DNA from: a virus
Reading direction: 5' to 3' (one strand)
Length of the DNA stretch: 64,000 nt
IMG/VR virus record: IMGVR_UViG_3300026484_000095
Coordinates: 45,820-109,819 of that record
The position numbers and the translations under genes are program-made. Under the pieces are notes generated by a model. It made no database searches. It was given only the letters and a program-made list of their open reading frames with translations, and had not been told where the DNA came from. Below are positions 39,536 to 49,377 of this stretch, piece by piece; position 1 is the first letter of the stretch; every line of letters starts with the position of its first letter.

Positions 39536-39979
39536 ATGGAAAAGTTAAGTAGTTTTAAGGCTAATAAATTAGCCGAAGAAGAATTGATATTTCAAAATCA
39601 GATACCTATCCAAAACATTAAGTATCTAAAAGAAGATATTGAAAATCTAAAAGAACCCAAATCTTTTGTTTATAAAGATTATCAGATTATATTGCTTAAT
39701 CGTTCAACTGTTACAAGTGTAGTGGCTTCATTTAAAGAAGTATCTTTTAGACTGTTCGCAAATAAGTATGAGAAAGTTCTAATGTTCTCACCTATCGCTC
39801 CTTATCATCAGAATTTGGATTTAGAGGATTATTGTCGTAAGGCAACTGATTACATTGCAGACTACTTTGAGGGCTTAGATAAAGGTGTTAAATATGATAC
39901 GGGGGATAAGATAACAGAACCTATCAAGAAGTTTCAGCTATGGAATTTCTATAACTATAAAGTTTATATATCGGCATAG
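39536..39979 (+). CDS. Hypothetical protein
   Basis: Start moved to the ATG after GAGG. Confidence 0.55.
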   Translation: MEKLSSFKANKLAEEELIFQNQIPIQNIKYLKEDIENLKEPKSFVYKDYQIILLNRSTVTSVVASFKEVSFRLFANKYEKVLMFSPIAPYHQNLDLEDYCRKATDYIADYFEGLDKGVKYDTGDKITEPIKKFQLWNFYNYKVYISA

Positions 39980-40000
39980 TAAAAAAAAAAGAGGGTTAGT

Positions 40001-40210
40001 ATGAAAAATTTTATATTGAGACTAAAAGCTCTTTATTGGTGGTATATTGTTCTAGGTAAAAATGAGTTCCACCCATCTCTTGATTTTAGTTTCAACTCTA
40101 CATCTAAGATATTGGTAATATATCGTAGAGAGTTGGCTCATCATTTAGATAACGATACATCATTGTTTGCAGATGGAATGGTGGAACTTATAGAGAAATG
40201 TGAATTATAA
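40001..40210 (+). CDS. Hypothetical protein
   Basis: ORF. Confidence 0.5.
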   Translation: MKNFILRLKALYWWYIVLGKNEFHPSLDFSFNSTSKILVIYRRELAHHLDNDTSLFADGMVELIEKCEL

Positions 40211-40221
40211 AAGGTTCTAAT

Positions 40222-40410
40222 ATGTCTAAAAATGACTCATCTAAAGAAGTATTTAAGATTAAAGCTAATGCTAAGGCTTCAAAGTTGGTACTAGCATATA
40301 AGGTTCAGAAATCTAAACATTTTAATCACTTAAAAAATGTTATATCGAAGATTGAATCAATCACGGGGGTAGAAACTGATATTCCTAGTGAATACAAAAA
40401 CAAAAAGTAA
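40222..40410 (+). CDS. Hypothetical protein
   Basis: ORF. Confidence 0.5.
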   Translation: MSKNDSSKEVFKIKANAKASKLVLAYKVQKSKHFNHLKNVISKIESITGVETDIPSEYKNKK

Positions 40411-40422
40411 AGGTAGAAGAGA

Positions 40423-41508
40423 ATGAATTACTGGTTATTATCAGCAAGTAGTGTGATACTGTTTTTAGTATCGGCTTCTTTAAACATAGATGGCTATATC
40501 CATTTATTCCCTAACTCTGTTTATATGGCAGGAACTATATTAGCAGGATTGGAGTTAGCTAAATTCACTATCGTAGGTGTTGTCTATAATATAGAACATC
40601 ACATATCCACTTTCGTTAAGGTTATTCTAAGTGCTTTCTTAGGACTGTTGATTTTAATATCTGTCATAGGTCATTATGCAATCCTAACTTCTTTCTATAC
40701 AAGCAATCAGAGTTCATCTATCATTATAAAAGATAACACTGCTTTCTATAAAAACAGAATGGAAGAGATAAAAACAGAGATAGCTGACTTACAAGCATTG
40801 TATAAGAATTATCCAAAAGGTTATGCTAGTAAAAGGTTAAAAGTTTATAATAGTGTCAGACCTCAAATAGATGAGCTACAAAGCGAATATAAAGAGTTAT
40901 TTGCTAAGTTATCCAAAGAGCGAGAAAAAGGTCATACGGAGCTTAAAAACAATTCTAATATATTTGAAGCGAGTGCCAAGTTGATGGGAGTTACAACTGA
41001 TAAGTTTGCTTTGTATATTATTATGCTAGTAAGTCTTATATTAGACCCCTTAGCTTTATTGATGGTCTATACAGCTCACTCATTTAAAAGCAATTTCCAA
41101 AAAGCAGAAGAAAAGAACCTCAACATTGATACAATCGAAGTTCAAAAAGAAACTCCTCTCCCTAACTTAGAAGAAAAAACACAAGATAAAGTTCTTGAGT
41201 CCAACGAAGTAGATGGTGTAAATAATGAGGTAAGGGATATTCAAAATTCTAAAAACTCTTTATATCAGAAGCTGATTGATATTCAAAACATTAAGCTATA
41301 TGGTAGCACTGTAAGAGATGTAATGTCTTGGAATGACTATGAAGTTAAAAGTTATAAAGCTAGTTTCTTGAAAACAAAGTTAGATAGGTACTGGTTCAAA
41401 TTGGCTCTTGTATGGAGAGAAGTTGGCACAATAGATAACGGTGTAATGGTTTTAGATGAAAGTGTAGTAGATACAATTAATCCTAATGAGATATACGGGA
41501 GATTTTAA
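40423..41508 (+). CDS. Membrane protein (three N-terminal TM segments, coiled coil, fourth TM)
   Basis: Hydrophobic segments; ELAK and DPLALL motifs. Confidence 0.7.
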   Translation: MNYWLLSASSVILFLVSASLNIDGYIHLFPNSVYMAGTILAGLELAKFTIVGVVYNIEHHISTFVKVILSAFLGLLILISVIGHYAILTSFYTSNQSSSIIIKDNTAFYKNRMEEIKTEIADLQALYKNYPKGYASKRLKVYNSVRPQIDELQSEYKELFAKLSKEREKGHTELKNNSNIFEASAKLMGVTTDKFALYIIMLVSLILDPLALLMVYTAHSFKSNFQKAEEKNLNIDTIEVQKETPLPNLEEKTQDKVLESNEVDGVNNEVRDIQNSKNSLYQKLIDIQNIKLYGSTVRDVMSWNDYEVKSYKASFLKTKLDRYWFKLALVWREVGTIDNGVMVLDESVVDTINPNEIYGRF

Positions 41509-41510
41509 AA

Positions 41511-42317
41511 ATGGGTTTAAAAGAGAAAAGACTTAAAAATAAGGCTAAAAAATCTAAAAAGTCAGAAAGGCAACCTTTTAAAGGTTTCCAAACAGCAACT
41601 AATTATTCTATTATAGGTAAATCTGATTTCTTAGTGAACCTTATCTTAGGTCATATAGTTCATATAAATATGGAAGAGGACTGGGATTTTGAAGCTAGTA
41701 TATTTGGTAAATATATGGAGATTTCAGATGAAGCAGAACCAATAGAAGATGAGAAGATTATCTTTTCTAAGAAAGAACGAAATGGATTTACAACAATCAA
41801 TATAGATGAGGATTTTATTGATATATACTATTCTCTGCTAATTGAAGATGAGTTACCTGAGTTTTTAGATTATTGTAAGAAGTTCTTATCAAGGAAAAAT
41901 CCTGAACTGGCTCTTTATTATATGTTCGCTGTCTGTGAGGTAGCTATTGATGAAGACTTAGAGTTCAATTATAAAAAGGCTGATTATGTCTTAGATAATT
42001 TCAAATATAAAGGAACTCACACATATTTAGATAAAGTGAAAACAGTTATTACATTTGTAAAAAATCCTAGCGAGAAACACTTATCAGATATGCTATTGAT
42101 TATGAATGAAGAGGAAGACCCTTATCATAATATAATCAACATTATAGGTGCTATATCTAATGAAACATTACCCAAATATATAGCAGATAAATATAGCTCT
42201 ACTATTGAAGATTACAATTTTCAGAAAGGGCTACTTAAAATCTCTATTGCTATCTTACAAGCAGAGACCATAGAAGATTTTATCTTAACATTAATAAAAG
42301 GGGTTATCTATGCTTAG
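41511..42317 (+). CDS. Hypothetical protein with basic N-terminus
   Basis: ORF. Confidence 0.6.
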   Translation: MGLKEKRLKNKAKKSKKSERQPFKGFQTATNYSIIGKSDFLVNLILGHIVHINMEEDWDFEASIFGKYMEISDEAEPIEDEKIIFSKKERNGFTTINIDEDFIDIYYSLLIEDELPEFLDYCKKFLSRKNPELALYYMFAVCEVAIDEDLEFNYKKADYVLDNFKYKGTHTYLDKVKTVITFVKNPSEKHLSDMLLIMNEEEDPYHNIINIIGAISNETLPKYIADKYSSTIEDYNFQKGLLKISIAILQAETIEDFILTLIKGVIYA

Positions 42318-42882
42318 AAAAGGTGCTATCATATTATCGCTTACGGTGGGTCTATTAGGCTCTCCGTTAGTTATATCGGTGGAAGATAATATAAAGAGTT
42401 TAAGGAGCTTTACTGACAAACAAAAAGGTATCTTGATACAATCTTATCTTTATGCTGAGAGAGATGACCTCGGATTAACAATGTCTGCAATAGCTTGGCA
42501 CGAAAGTAATGCAGGTAAAAATCTAGTAAATTTAGGTGACCCTAGTTTTGGTATATACCATAATTTAGTTGGTTCTGTTATAAATAGATTAGGGTTACCC
42601 AACACTCTTTATTATAGAAATAAGATAGCTAATAGATTAGTTCAAGACCCCAACTTCGCAAGAAGTCAAGCTCTTAGCGAGTTGCTATATTGGAAAAGTC
42701 ATTACCTAAGAACAAGTGGAAAGCGATTACTATGGCAGAAGACTATCAGAAGCTATAATGGTGGAACAATGTGGAGAAATAAAGACACTGAGATTTATTT
42801 CAACAATATAAGAAATAAAATTAAGGCATTAAGAAAAGCTCCTTTTTTCAAGAACTTCCTACGAGGTAGAGGTGTAAAGTAA
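42310..42882 (+). CDS. SLT-like lytic transglycosylase with N-terminal signal/anchor (candidate endolysin)
   Basis: AIAWHES, SFGIYH, SYNGG; hydrophobic N-terminus. Confidence 0.75.
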   Translation: MLRKGAIILSLTVGLLGSPLVISVEDNIKSLRSFTDKQKGILIQSYLYAERDDLGLTMSAIAWHESNAGKNLVNLGDPSFGIYHNLVGSVINRLGLPNTLYYRNKIANRLVQDPNFARSQALSELLYWKSHYLRTSGKRLLWQKTIRSYNGGTMWRNKDTEIYFNNIRNKIKALRKAPFFKNFLRGRGVK

Positions 42883-42908
42883 AAAAATCTCTATACTGTA
42901 AGGTATAT
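42879..42908 (+). promoter_or_regulatory. Promoter-like motif GTAAAAAA-N16-GTATAT
   Basis: Fixed-spacing copy with central TACT. Confidence 0.5.
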
Positions 42909-42935
42909 AGATAAAATTGAAATAAAGGTGTAAAA

Positions 42936-43664
42936 ATGTCAGATACAAAAAATAAAAAGCTACTGCAAAGTCTTGGTGGCAAAGGTGAAAAGAAAGAACT
43001 ATTTGCTGTTAATTATGAGTATTTAGCGGATGAAAGTAAAACTATCGCTGATGCAATAAAAGAGCAAAGTAGCTTTAACGAAGTGTTCTATATCAAGTAT
43101 AACACTCTTGCTGAGTATCAGCTACAAACAACTATCAAAAGTTGGCTATATGGTCTAATGCTTCACTCTCAAATCGCAACATCAGATGAACACGGTCTAA
43201 GTCCTCTATGTGTATTGGAGAAAGCTCTAAGAGTTCTACCCGTGAAAGCTAAGTTCCTATTTGAAGCAACTGAACATACAAGCTCGGTTTATCCTGCAAT
43301 CAAAGAGGGAACCCCACTGGTTAATAATACAAAGAGTGGTTATATGCCAATCATTAGTTTATACACTAAGGCTCTTAATGGAGAGAACAACAAAAATGAT
43401 TATGTTGAAATCACTCCTGATTTAGCTATGTCGGTGCAAATCTTAGATAAACATTCATTAGAGATGACAACAGATTTTGCAGTAGAGTTTAGTAAAATGT
43501 TGAAGTTCGCATTTACAAGCGACGGTATGGACTTAGTTGGTGGAACAATCAGCTTAGGTATCGATTCAGGTAACCTTATGAGACTGTTCGATTTTGATTT
43601 AATCGTAAAAGATTTAGAGGGCAACAAGTTAAGCACTGAGCAGATAGTCGATAAACTATCTTAG
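42936..43664 (+). CDS. Hypothetical protein
   Basis: ORF. Confidence 0.6.
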   Translation: MSDTKNKKLLQSLGGKGEKKELFAVNYEYLADESKTIADAIKEQSSFNEVFYIKYNTLAEYQLQTTIKSWLYGLMLHSQIATSDEHGLSPLCVLEKALRVLPVKAKFLFEATEHTSSVYPAIKEGTPLVNNTKSGYMPIISLYTKALNGENNKNDYVEITPDLAMSVQILDKHSLEMTTDFAVEFSKMLKFAFTSDGMDLVGGTISLGIDSGNLMRLFDFDLIVKDLEGNKLSTEQIVDKLS

Positions 43665-43700
43665 AGGTTTTATCCTTACATCTCTAAAAAGAGGTGTAAG

Positions 43701-44018
43701 ATGGCAAAGAACTGGCGAAAAACAAGAGATTATAGAGTTTGGAGAGTGTCTGTAATAAGACGAGATAAAGTTTGTCAATGTTGTGGGTCACCTAAAAAAA
43801 GACAAGCTCATCATATAGAAGATGGCAGTCATAACAAAGAACTTAGGTTCAATGTAAAGAATGGTATTACATTATGTAAAGATTGTCATATACAACTTCA
43901 TACAAATTTCAAAAACAGTTATAGAGAAAAAACAACTAAAAAGGATTTAGATAATTTTCTAGCACTTAGAGATTATTTCTTTAAGAAAGTAGAAGAGGAT
44001 TTAAGTCGTTCATTGTAG
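43701..44018 (+). CDS. Small HNH endonuclease
   Basis: RD..CQCCG...AHHI...NGITLCKDCHIQLH. Confidence 0.85.
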   Translation: MAKNWRKTRDYRVWRVSVIRRDKVCQCCGSPKKRQAHHIEDGSHNKELRFNVKNGITLCKDCHIQLHTNFKNSYREKTTKKDLDNFLALRDYFFKKVEEDLSRSL

Positions 44019-44038
44019 ATTATTATAAAGGATTAAAT

Positions 44039-44293
44039 ATGAGTTATAGAGAGACTGTGGAAAGTATTAGAAATGAGTTTCTTAGTATAATAGAAGAGAA
44101 GAACTCTTGGGGAAAGAGGGAGCTAGAATTGGTAATCGAGAAAGCTATATCTAATCACTTTATTTCTATGCAAGATAATGCTAGTAGGATTAAAGACACT
44201 AGCTTGAAAGTTATATCTAGTAAAAAGGTAAAAAATCAAAATGAAAATGATGTTAGACCAAAAGCATTAAAGAGGAGACGAAGAAATGTCTAG
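44039..44293 (+). CDS. Hypothetical protein
   Basis: ORF ending KRRRRNV. Confidence 0.55.
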   Translation: MSYRETVESIRNEFLSIIEEKNSWGKRELELVIEKAISNHFISMQDNASRIKDTSLKVISSKKVKNQNENDVRPKALKRRRRNV

Positions 44294-44666
44294 TAGAGTA
44301 AAACATATCCTATTGGTGGACAGTAAAGAGCAGGGCTTATTGCATAATGTAAAATGTATGCAAGACCTTGAAGCTAGTTTTGATTATCTTCAAGATGATA
44401 AAATCAAAAAGAGAGAAGTTAAACCTCAAAAAGGTTTCGCAGGTATGGTGGATTATGAACCTGCAGAGTATGTTTATATGAGTTATAAACACTTTCTAAA
44501 AGAGTTCCTAAAACAAAAGCAAACTGGTATCTTGGTAGCAAATGTCGATAAGTATAGCTATATGTTATCTAAATATAAGCCTAAGATGTATATACTAGGG
44601 GGAGATTTTGATAAGTATTTAGATAAGCTACCTAAGTCAGCTATACATCATATAATGGTAATATAA
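44286..44666 (+). CDS. Hypothetical protein
   Basis: Coupled ORF. Confidence 0.55.
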   Translation: MSSRVKHILLVDSKEQGLLHNVKCMQDLEASFDYLQDDKIKKREVKPQKGFAGMVDYEPAEYVYMSYKHFLKEFLKQKQTGILVANVDKYSYMLSKYKPKMYILGGDFDKYLDKLPKSAIHHIMVI

Positions 44667-44677
44667 AGGCTTTAAAA

Positions 44678-45910
44678 GTGAAAGTAGAAACTGTCTCTAA
44701 AGCTCATAGGCTATTTACAAAATACAGACCTATGTCTTGGTCTGATGTAAGAGGTCAAGACCATATCATTTCTATTATGAAAGGTTTGTTAGAAAGGGAA
44801 ACATATAAGTATATCAATGGAATTATACTCGGAGGAGCTGCCGGTGGTGGAAAAACTACACTAAGTCGTTTGTTCGCTAAGGCTATAAATTGTCAGTCTG
44901 ATAATAAACCTTGTAACAAGTGTGATAACTGTAAGAGGTTCAATGCTAATGAATATCCTGACTACATTGAGGAAGATGGAGCTGAATACAATAAGAAAGA
45001 GGACATAGCAGTTCTTAAAGATTTAGCTAATCAATATGCTAGTGTACCTGATGGGTTTAGAATAATCTACATTGATGAAGCCCACGCTTTAAGTAATGCC
45101 GCTTGGGATATTCTATTGAAACAGTTAGAAGAGGGAGAGACTAGAACAATATGGGTCTTTGCTACAACGGAACCTGATAAGATTAGAAGTGCTATTGTAT
45201 CAAGATGTATGCCTTTTAAAGTTAAACCTCTTGGTTCAAAAGAGATAAAAGCTGAACTCGTTAATATCTGTGAAAAGGAGGGTATAGAGTACGATGACAT
45301 AAGTATAGAAAAATTAGCTATTGCTTATCGTGGTAGGACTAGAGATGCTATTAAAATTCTTAATATGTATTATGATAGTCAAGGTAACTTCAAAAACATT
45401 GATTTATTATCTATCGAGGAACAAATGATAGATATAATTAAACTAGCTTTATTTAACAAGATGGAAGAGTGTTATAAAAAGTTAGAAGAGCTTATAACAG
45501 TAGAGGAACACGAGTATGCTACAGCTATGAGTAATCTTTTGACAACCACATTCCTATATCCGTCTGTGCCTCCTATGGGTATTCAAGAGCAGTTAATATC
45601 TGATTTCAAAGATATTATAGGTAAGGACATAAAAGATTTAATTGATTTATATATGAAGTATAAACCTTCAAATTTTGATGAGATGAAAATCTTTTTACTC
45701 ACAGTTGCAGAGCTAGGTATTAATTTCAATAATGTAGAAGTCGTAGAAGCCAACTCACAAACAAAGAAGAGACGATTTGTTGAGGGTGCAGATAATCATT
45801 TAGGAGTTAAGAAAATAGCTAAGAAAGATACTAAAGTCAAGAAGACTGTGGTCAATGCAAAACAGAGAGCTAAGAAAAAGTTTGAGAACTTAGGATTTAG
45901 TTCTAAGTGA
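44678..45910 (+). CDS. dnaX: DnaX-like clamp loader AAA+ subunit
   Basis: KYRP...VRGQ, GAAGGGKTT, four-Cys zinc site, IDEAH, LLKQLEE, SRC, RDA. Confidence 0.9.
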   Translation: MKVETVSKAHRLFTKYRPMSWSDVRGQDHIISIMKGLLERETYKYINGIILGGAAGGGKTTLSRLFAKAINCQSDNKPCNKCDNCKRFNANEYPDYIEEDGAEYNKKEDIAVLKDLANQYASVPDGFRIIYIDEAHALSNAAWDILLKQLEEGETRTIWVFATTEPDKIRSAIVSRCMPFKVKPLGSKEIKAELVNICEKEGIEYDDISIEKLAIAYRGRTRDAIKILNMYYDSQGNFKNIDLLSIEEQMIDIIKLALFNKMEECYKKLEELITVEEHEYATAMSNLLTTTFLYPSVPPMGIQEQLISDFKDIIGKDIKDLIDLYMKYKPSNFDEMKIFLLTVAELGINFNNVEVVEANSQTKKRRFVEGADNHLGVKKIAKKDTKVKKTVVNAKQRAKKKFENLGFSSK

Positions 45911-45911
45911 G

Positions 45912-45941
45912 GTTAATAAATTCCTATACCAAGGAGTATAT
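45912..45941 (+). promoter_or_regulatory. Promoter-like motif GTTAATAA-N16-GTATAT
   Basis: Fixed-spacing copy upstream of the HU gene. Confidence 0.6.
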
Positions 45942-45991
45942 GAGTTATTAAAAGGGTGGTAGGTTGGTAAATAAAATTTAAAGGAAAAGTT

Positions 45992-46540
45992 ATGGCAAAG
46001 GGTAAAACAGCACCTAAGGGTAAATTTGTTAAACAAAACAATGCAGTTAAAAAATCAGAGGAAAACATCTCAGCAAAAGATGACCTGCTAAAAAGAATCG
46101 GTGCGAGACTAGATACAACAAAAATGCAAAGTGATGTAATCTTGAATGTGGTTCTATCTTCTATTGAAGAAACTACAGTTGCAAAAGGTGCATTGAATCT
46201 AACTGGTTTTGCTAAGTTGGAGGTGGTTGATAAACCTGCTTCTGAGGGAACAATCCAATTCGGTGAGAGAAAAGGTGAAAAATGGACTAAACCTGCTCAT
46301 AAAGCCGTTAAAATCTCTAACATTTCAGCATTTTGGAATGAAATTGCAAATGACGAGCAAGAGCTTGTTGCTATTGATAGCTTGGAAAATGTTTGGGCTG
46401 AAGCTAACGAGGAAGTTGAAGATGCAGATGATATAGAAGATACTGAGGAAGAAGCAGAAGAGGAAGAAGAGGAAGCACCTGCTCCTAAAAAAGCTCCTGC
46501 TAAAAAAACACCTGCAAAAAAAGCTCCTGCTAAAAAATAG
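45992..46540 (+). CDS. HU/IHF-like DNA-binding protein with acidic linker and PAKK tail
   Basis: KDDLLKRI...LTGFAKLEV...KPAHKAVKI; APAPKKAPAKKTPAKKAPAKK. Confidence 0.8.
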   Translation: MAKGKTAPKGKFVKQNNAVKKSEENISAKDDLLKRIGARLDTTKMQSDVILNVVLSSIEETTVAKGALNLTGFAKLEVVDKPASEGTIQFGERKGEKWTKPAHKAVKISNISAFWNEIANDEQELVAIDSLENVWAEANEEVEDADDIEDTEEEAEEEEEEAPAPKKAPAKKTPAKKAPAKK

Positions 46541-46555
46541 GGTAGGAGGGTCAAT

Positions 46556-47671
46556 ATGTTTTATAAAGTCTTAATGTCTTATGAACCAATAGAATATAAA
46601 GCATATAAGGAACTAGAAGATTTAGGTCTAAAAGTTCCTTATGACCCTAAAAATCCTGATATAAATGTTTATGCTTATCAATTAGAGACTTCTAATGTTT
46701 CAATTCAAAAGATAAAATCAATAGTACCTTCATTGAGTTATGCTGTATTTGGTGGAGAAGACTCTAAGCAGTATATGTTGGCTTCTGAGTACGAAGTTAA
46801 TAAAAACATTGATAAGGTGCAAATAGTTAATAAGCCTACTATTGGTGATAATGTTACTTATAGTGAATATAAAAAGCTAGTATTTACTTTAATTAACATA
46901 GATAATGATATTGCTACAATAAAGCACGAGCTTAGAAACATAGATTTATTGCTAGATGTTCCCTTAGATGATATTGCTATATTTAAAGGCGATTTGGTGC
47001 ATTATAAGTCTATTACCTTTCCTGAATTAAATAGTAACATTTATATAGATTGTGATTATTTAGGTAGCGATTACTCAGATATATTTTCATTGATTTTAAG
47101 ATTAAAGATTATGTATCAAGGTTATAATCTGGTATTTCTAAACCCTGATATTGATTTAGCTAATTTTCTAAGTGTTCTAAAACTATCTTCAATATATGGA
47201 AACATAGATTTATTGATACCTTATCTAAATGCAGAAGATAAATTATATACTAATAATTTCAGATATCTGAAATTTATCCCAACTATATTAGTGAGAGAAA
47301 CAAATAAATTTTATAGCTTCGTGAGTGAAGTCAATATCAATGACTTAGGATTTAAAGATATTGAATCATTCTCATTTTTCTACTCAGTTAAAGCACTATA
47401 TAACAAAGGTGTAATAGATAATGAGATAGACTTTTCTATTCTTAAAAACAAAATCAATCAATCATTGACTTTTGCTAAGGGTCTATATGGCTCGTATAAA
47501 AAAGAGATAAAAGAACTAAGTGATAAAGGGTTAGAAGTGGATGGCGAACTATTTATATCTAAAAAAGAGGGTAATATAGATATAGAAGAGCTTATCAAAA
47601 TGTTTAACTTCTATAAGCTTCAATACTATATAGATAATTTGGAGTATTATATTTACCTTATAAAAAGCTAA
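46556..47671 (+). CDS. Hypothetical protein
   Basis: 371-aa ORF with AGGAGG RBS. Confidence 0.65.
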   Translation: MFYKVLMSYEPIEYKAYKELEDLGLKVPYDPKNPDINVYAYQLETSNVSIQKIKSIVPSLSYAVFGGEDSKQYMLASEYEVNKNIDKVQIVNKPTIGDNVTYSEYKKLVFTLINIDNDIATIKHELRNIDLLLDVPLDDIAIFKGDLVHYKSITFPELNSNIYIDCDYLGSDYSDIFSLILRLKIMYQGYNLVFLNPDIDLANFLSVLKLSSIYGNIDLLIPYLNAEDKLYTNNFRYLKFIPTILVRETNKFYSFVSEVNINDLGFKDIESFSFFYSVKALYNKGVIDNEIDFSILKNKINQSLTFAKGLYGSYKKEIKELSDKGLEVDGELFISKKEGNIDIEELIKMFNFYKLQYYIDNLEYYIYLIKS

Positions 47672-47686
47672 CAGAGGTATTTATCA

Positions 47687-48364
47687 ATGGAAGAGAACAA
47701 CGGGTATTGGGATTATATATCTACATTAGATAGTAAAGATATTGAAGAACCCTTAAAAGAGTTAATTAAAGACTCTTTCGTATTTTTCAATCCCTATCTA
47801 AATGAGCTATTTTATATCGAAGCCAATTATATTTACTTAAATTATGTTTGGGATATTCCACAAGCAAAGATAGGTGACTTATTTGGTGTTAGTCAGTATG
47901 GAGTATCTAAGAGGATTAAAAGTGGACTTAAAAAGATAAATACAATTTTTAAAAGACCTGAGAATGATAGAAATATAGTTCGCAATGATTTTGCTTCTAT
48001 CTTACCAAAAGATTTAGTTGAAATATCTGTATTATATTACTTCTTAAAAACATTTAGCTTAGTTTCAAACATTGTAGATATTAGCTACGGAAATATGCGA
48101 AATAAGATTAATTATGTCTTGCAGATATTAGAGAAGTATAAGGGCTGTAACCAACAAGAGTATAAGAAGTATTATAAGGAGTTGCTAGGTTCAAAAGCTG
48201 ATGAGTTATATATCAATCTGTTAGAGGACGAGCATTTTTATAAGAATGAGTTAGTTAAGGTTGAAAGATATTATGACTATATGAAAGAGCTAAGTGAATC
48301 TTACAATTATGGTGACTATCTTTTTAAAAGAGATGACAACAAAAGACTAGAGAGATTTGAGTAA
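47687..48364 (+). CDS. HTH protein (sigma region 4-like), possible transcription factor
   Basis: IPQAKIGDLFGVSQYGVSKRIKSGLKKI. Confidence 0.55.
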   Translation: MEENNGYWDYISTLDSKDIEEPLKELIKDSFVFFNPYLNELFYIEANYIYLNYVWDIPQAKIGDLFGVSQYGVSKRIKSGLKKINTIFKRPENDRNIVRNDFASILPKDLVEISVLYYFLKTFSLVSNIVDISYGNMRNKINYVLQILEKYKGCNQQEYKKYYKELLGSKADELYINLLEDEHFYKNELVKVERYYDYMKELSESYNYGDYLFKRDDNKRLERFE

Positions 48365-49005
48365 TGCTTAGTAAATTAGTTAAACAAAACACTGGTTCTA
48401 TTTCTAATTTAATCAAATTGCAGATTAAAAATCCTACAAAGAGATACGATAAAATTTATATTGATATATGGTATGATAAATATACGATAAAATCTACATT
48501 TAGTGGTGTAGAAGATTGTGACCATAAGTACATAGACGAAAACAATAGATGTGTATGTGGTGCTTGGGTCGGTAATATAGCAAGTGAAACAGACCCTATT
48601 GAGTTCTATAAGCATATCTTTAATTTAGCTAACAATTTGTATGCTAATGAGCTTTATATAAGAACCCCTAAATACTATCCTCCTGAATACAGATATTATA
48701 TATTTGAAAAGGAAATCAATCTCAACTTCAAATATGTAGAAACATATACTATATTTGATAGATTGGTAAGTTTTAATGAGAGGGGGGAAAGACTAAAACA
48801 GAAATCTTTTTATTTGATACATTTTTCAAAAAAGAAATCTCACTTGTGGAAATCTAAGGTCGTTACATATAAAGGTTTTAATCCTTTATTTTTGTTAAAC
48901 TCAAATTCGTTATGGGTTAATCCTTATTACAATGAGGTAAAATTTGATATAGATATTGAGTTTTACTTTTGTAATACAAATGTTTTAAAAACAATAACAA
49001 ATTAA
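48364..49005 (+). CDS. Hypothetical protein
   Basis: Coupled ORF. Confidence 0.55.
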   Translation: MLSKLVKQNTGSISNLIKLQIKNPTKRYDKIYIDIWYDKYTIKSTFSGVEDCDHKYIDENNRCVCGAWVGNIASETDPIEFYKHIFNLANNLYANELYIRTPKYYPPEYRYYIFEKEINLNFKYVETYTIFDRLVSFNERGERLKQKSFYLIHFSKKKSHLWKSKVVTYKGFNPLFLLNSNSLWVNPYYNEVKFDIDIEFYFCNTNVLKTITN

Positions 49006-49020
49006 AAATAGGAGTACTTT

Positions 49021-49362
49021 ATGGGTATTATAGGAATGAAAAAGAGCAATCAAGTTGACTCAATGATGAGAATTACAGCAGGTGTTCAAACTGCTTCTAG
49101 TCAAGTGTCAAAAGAGCTATCTCTTGGGAGAGTAAGACAACACGGTGGGCAAGTTTTTAGAAATCAAGATGGATACTCAATTAAAGGTATACCTTCTTTA
49201 TCTTCACAAGCTATGCTGGATATGATTAAAAGAGATAACGGTAGTGTTCAAGTGAAATACAAAGATGAGATATTGGATAATGACCAAATCTCTAAAACAG
49301 AAGAACCATTATGGGTTTTAGATAGAAATGGTGATACATTCAATCTAAAACGAAATTTTTAA
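49021..49362 (+). CDS. Hypothetical protein, possibly head-associated
   Basis: Starts MGIIG; contains RITA and VQTA. Confidence 0.55.
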   Translation: MGIIGMKKSNQVDSMMRITAGVQTASSQVSKELSLGRVRQHGGQVFRNQDGYSIKGIPSLSSQAMLDMIKRDNGSVQVKYKDEILDNDQISKTEEPLWVLDRNGDTFNLKRNF

Positions 49363-49377
49363 GAGAGGGGTTTAAAT

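Noticed and set aside
46209-46436. Alternative-frame + strand ORF inside the HU gene
   Set aside because: No RBS or motif; it is a by-product of the overlapping HU frame.
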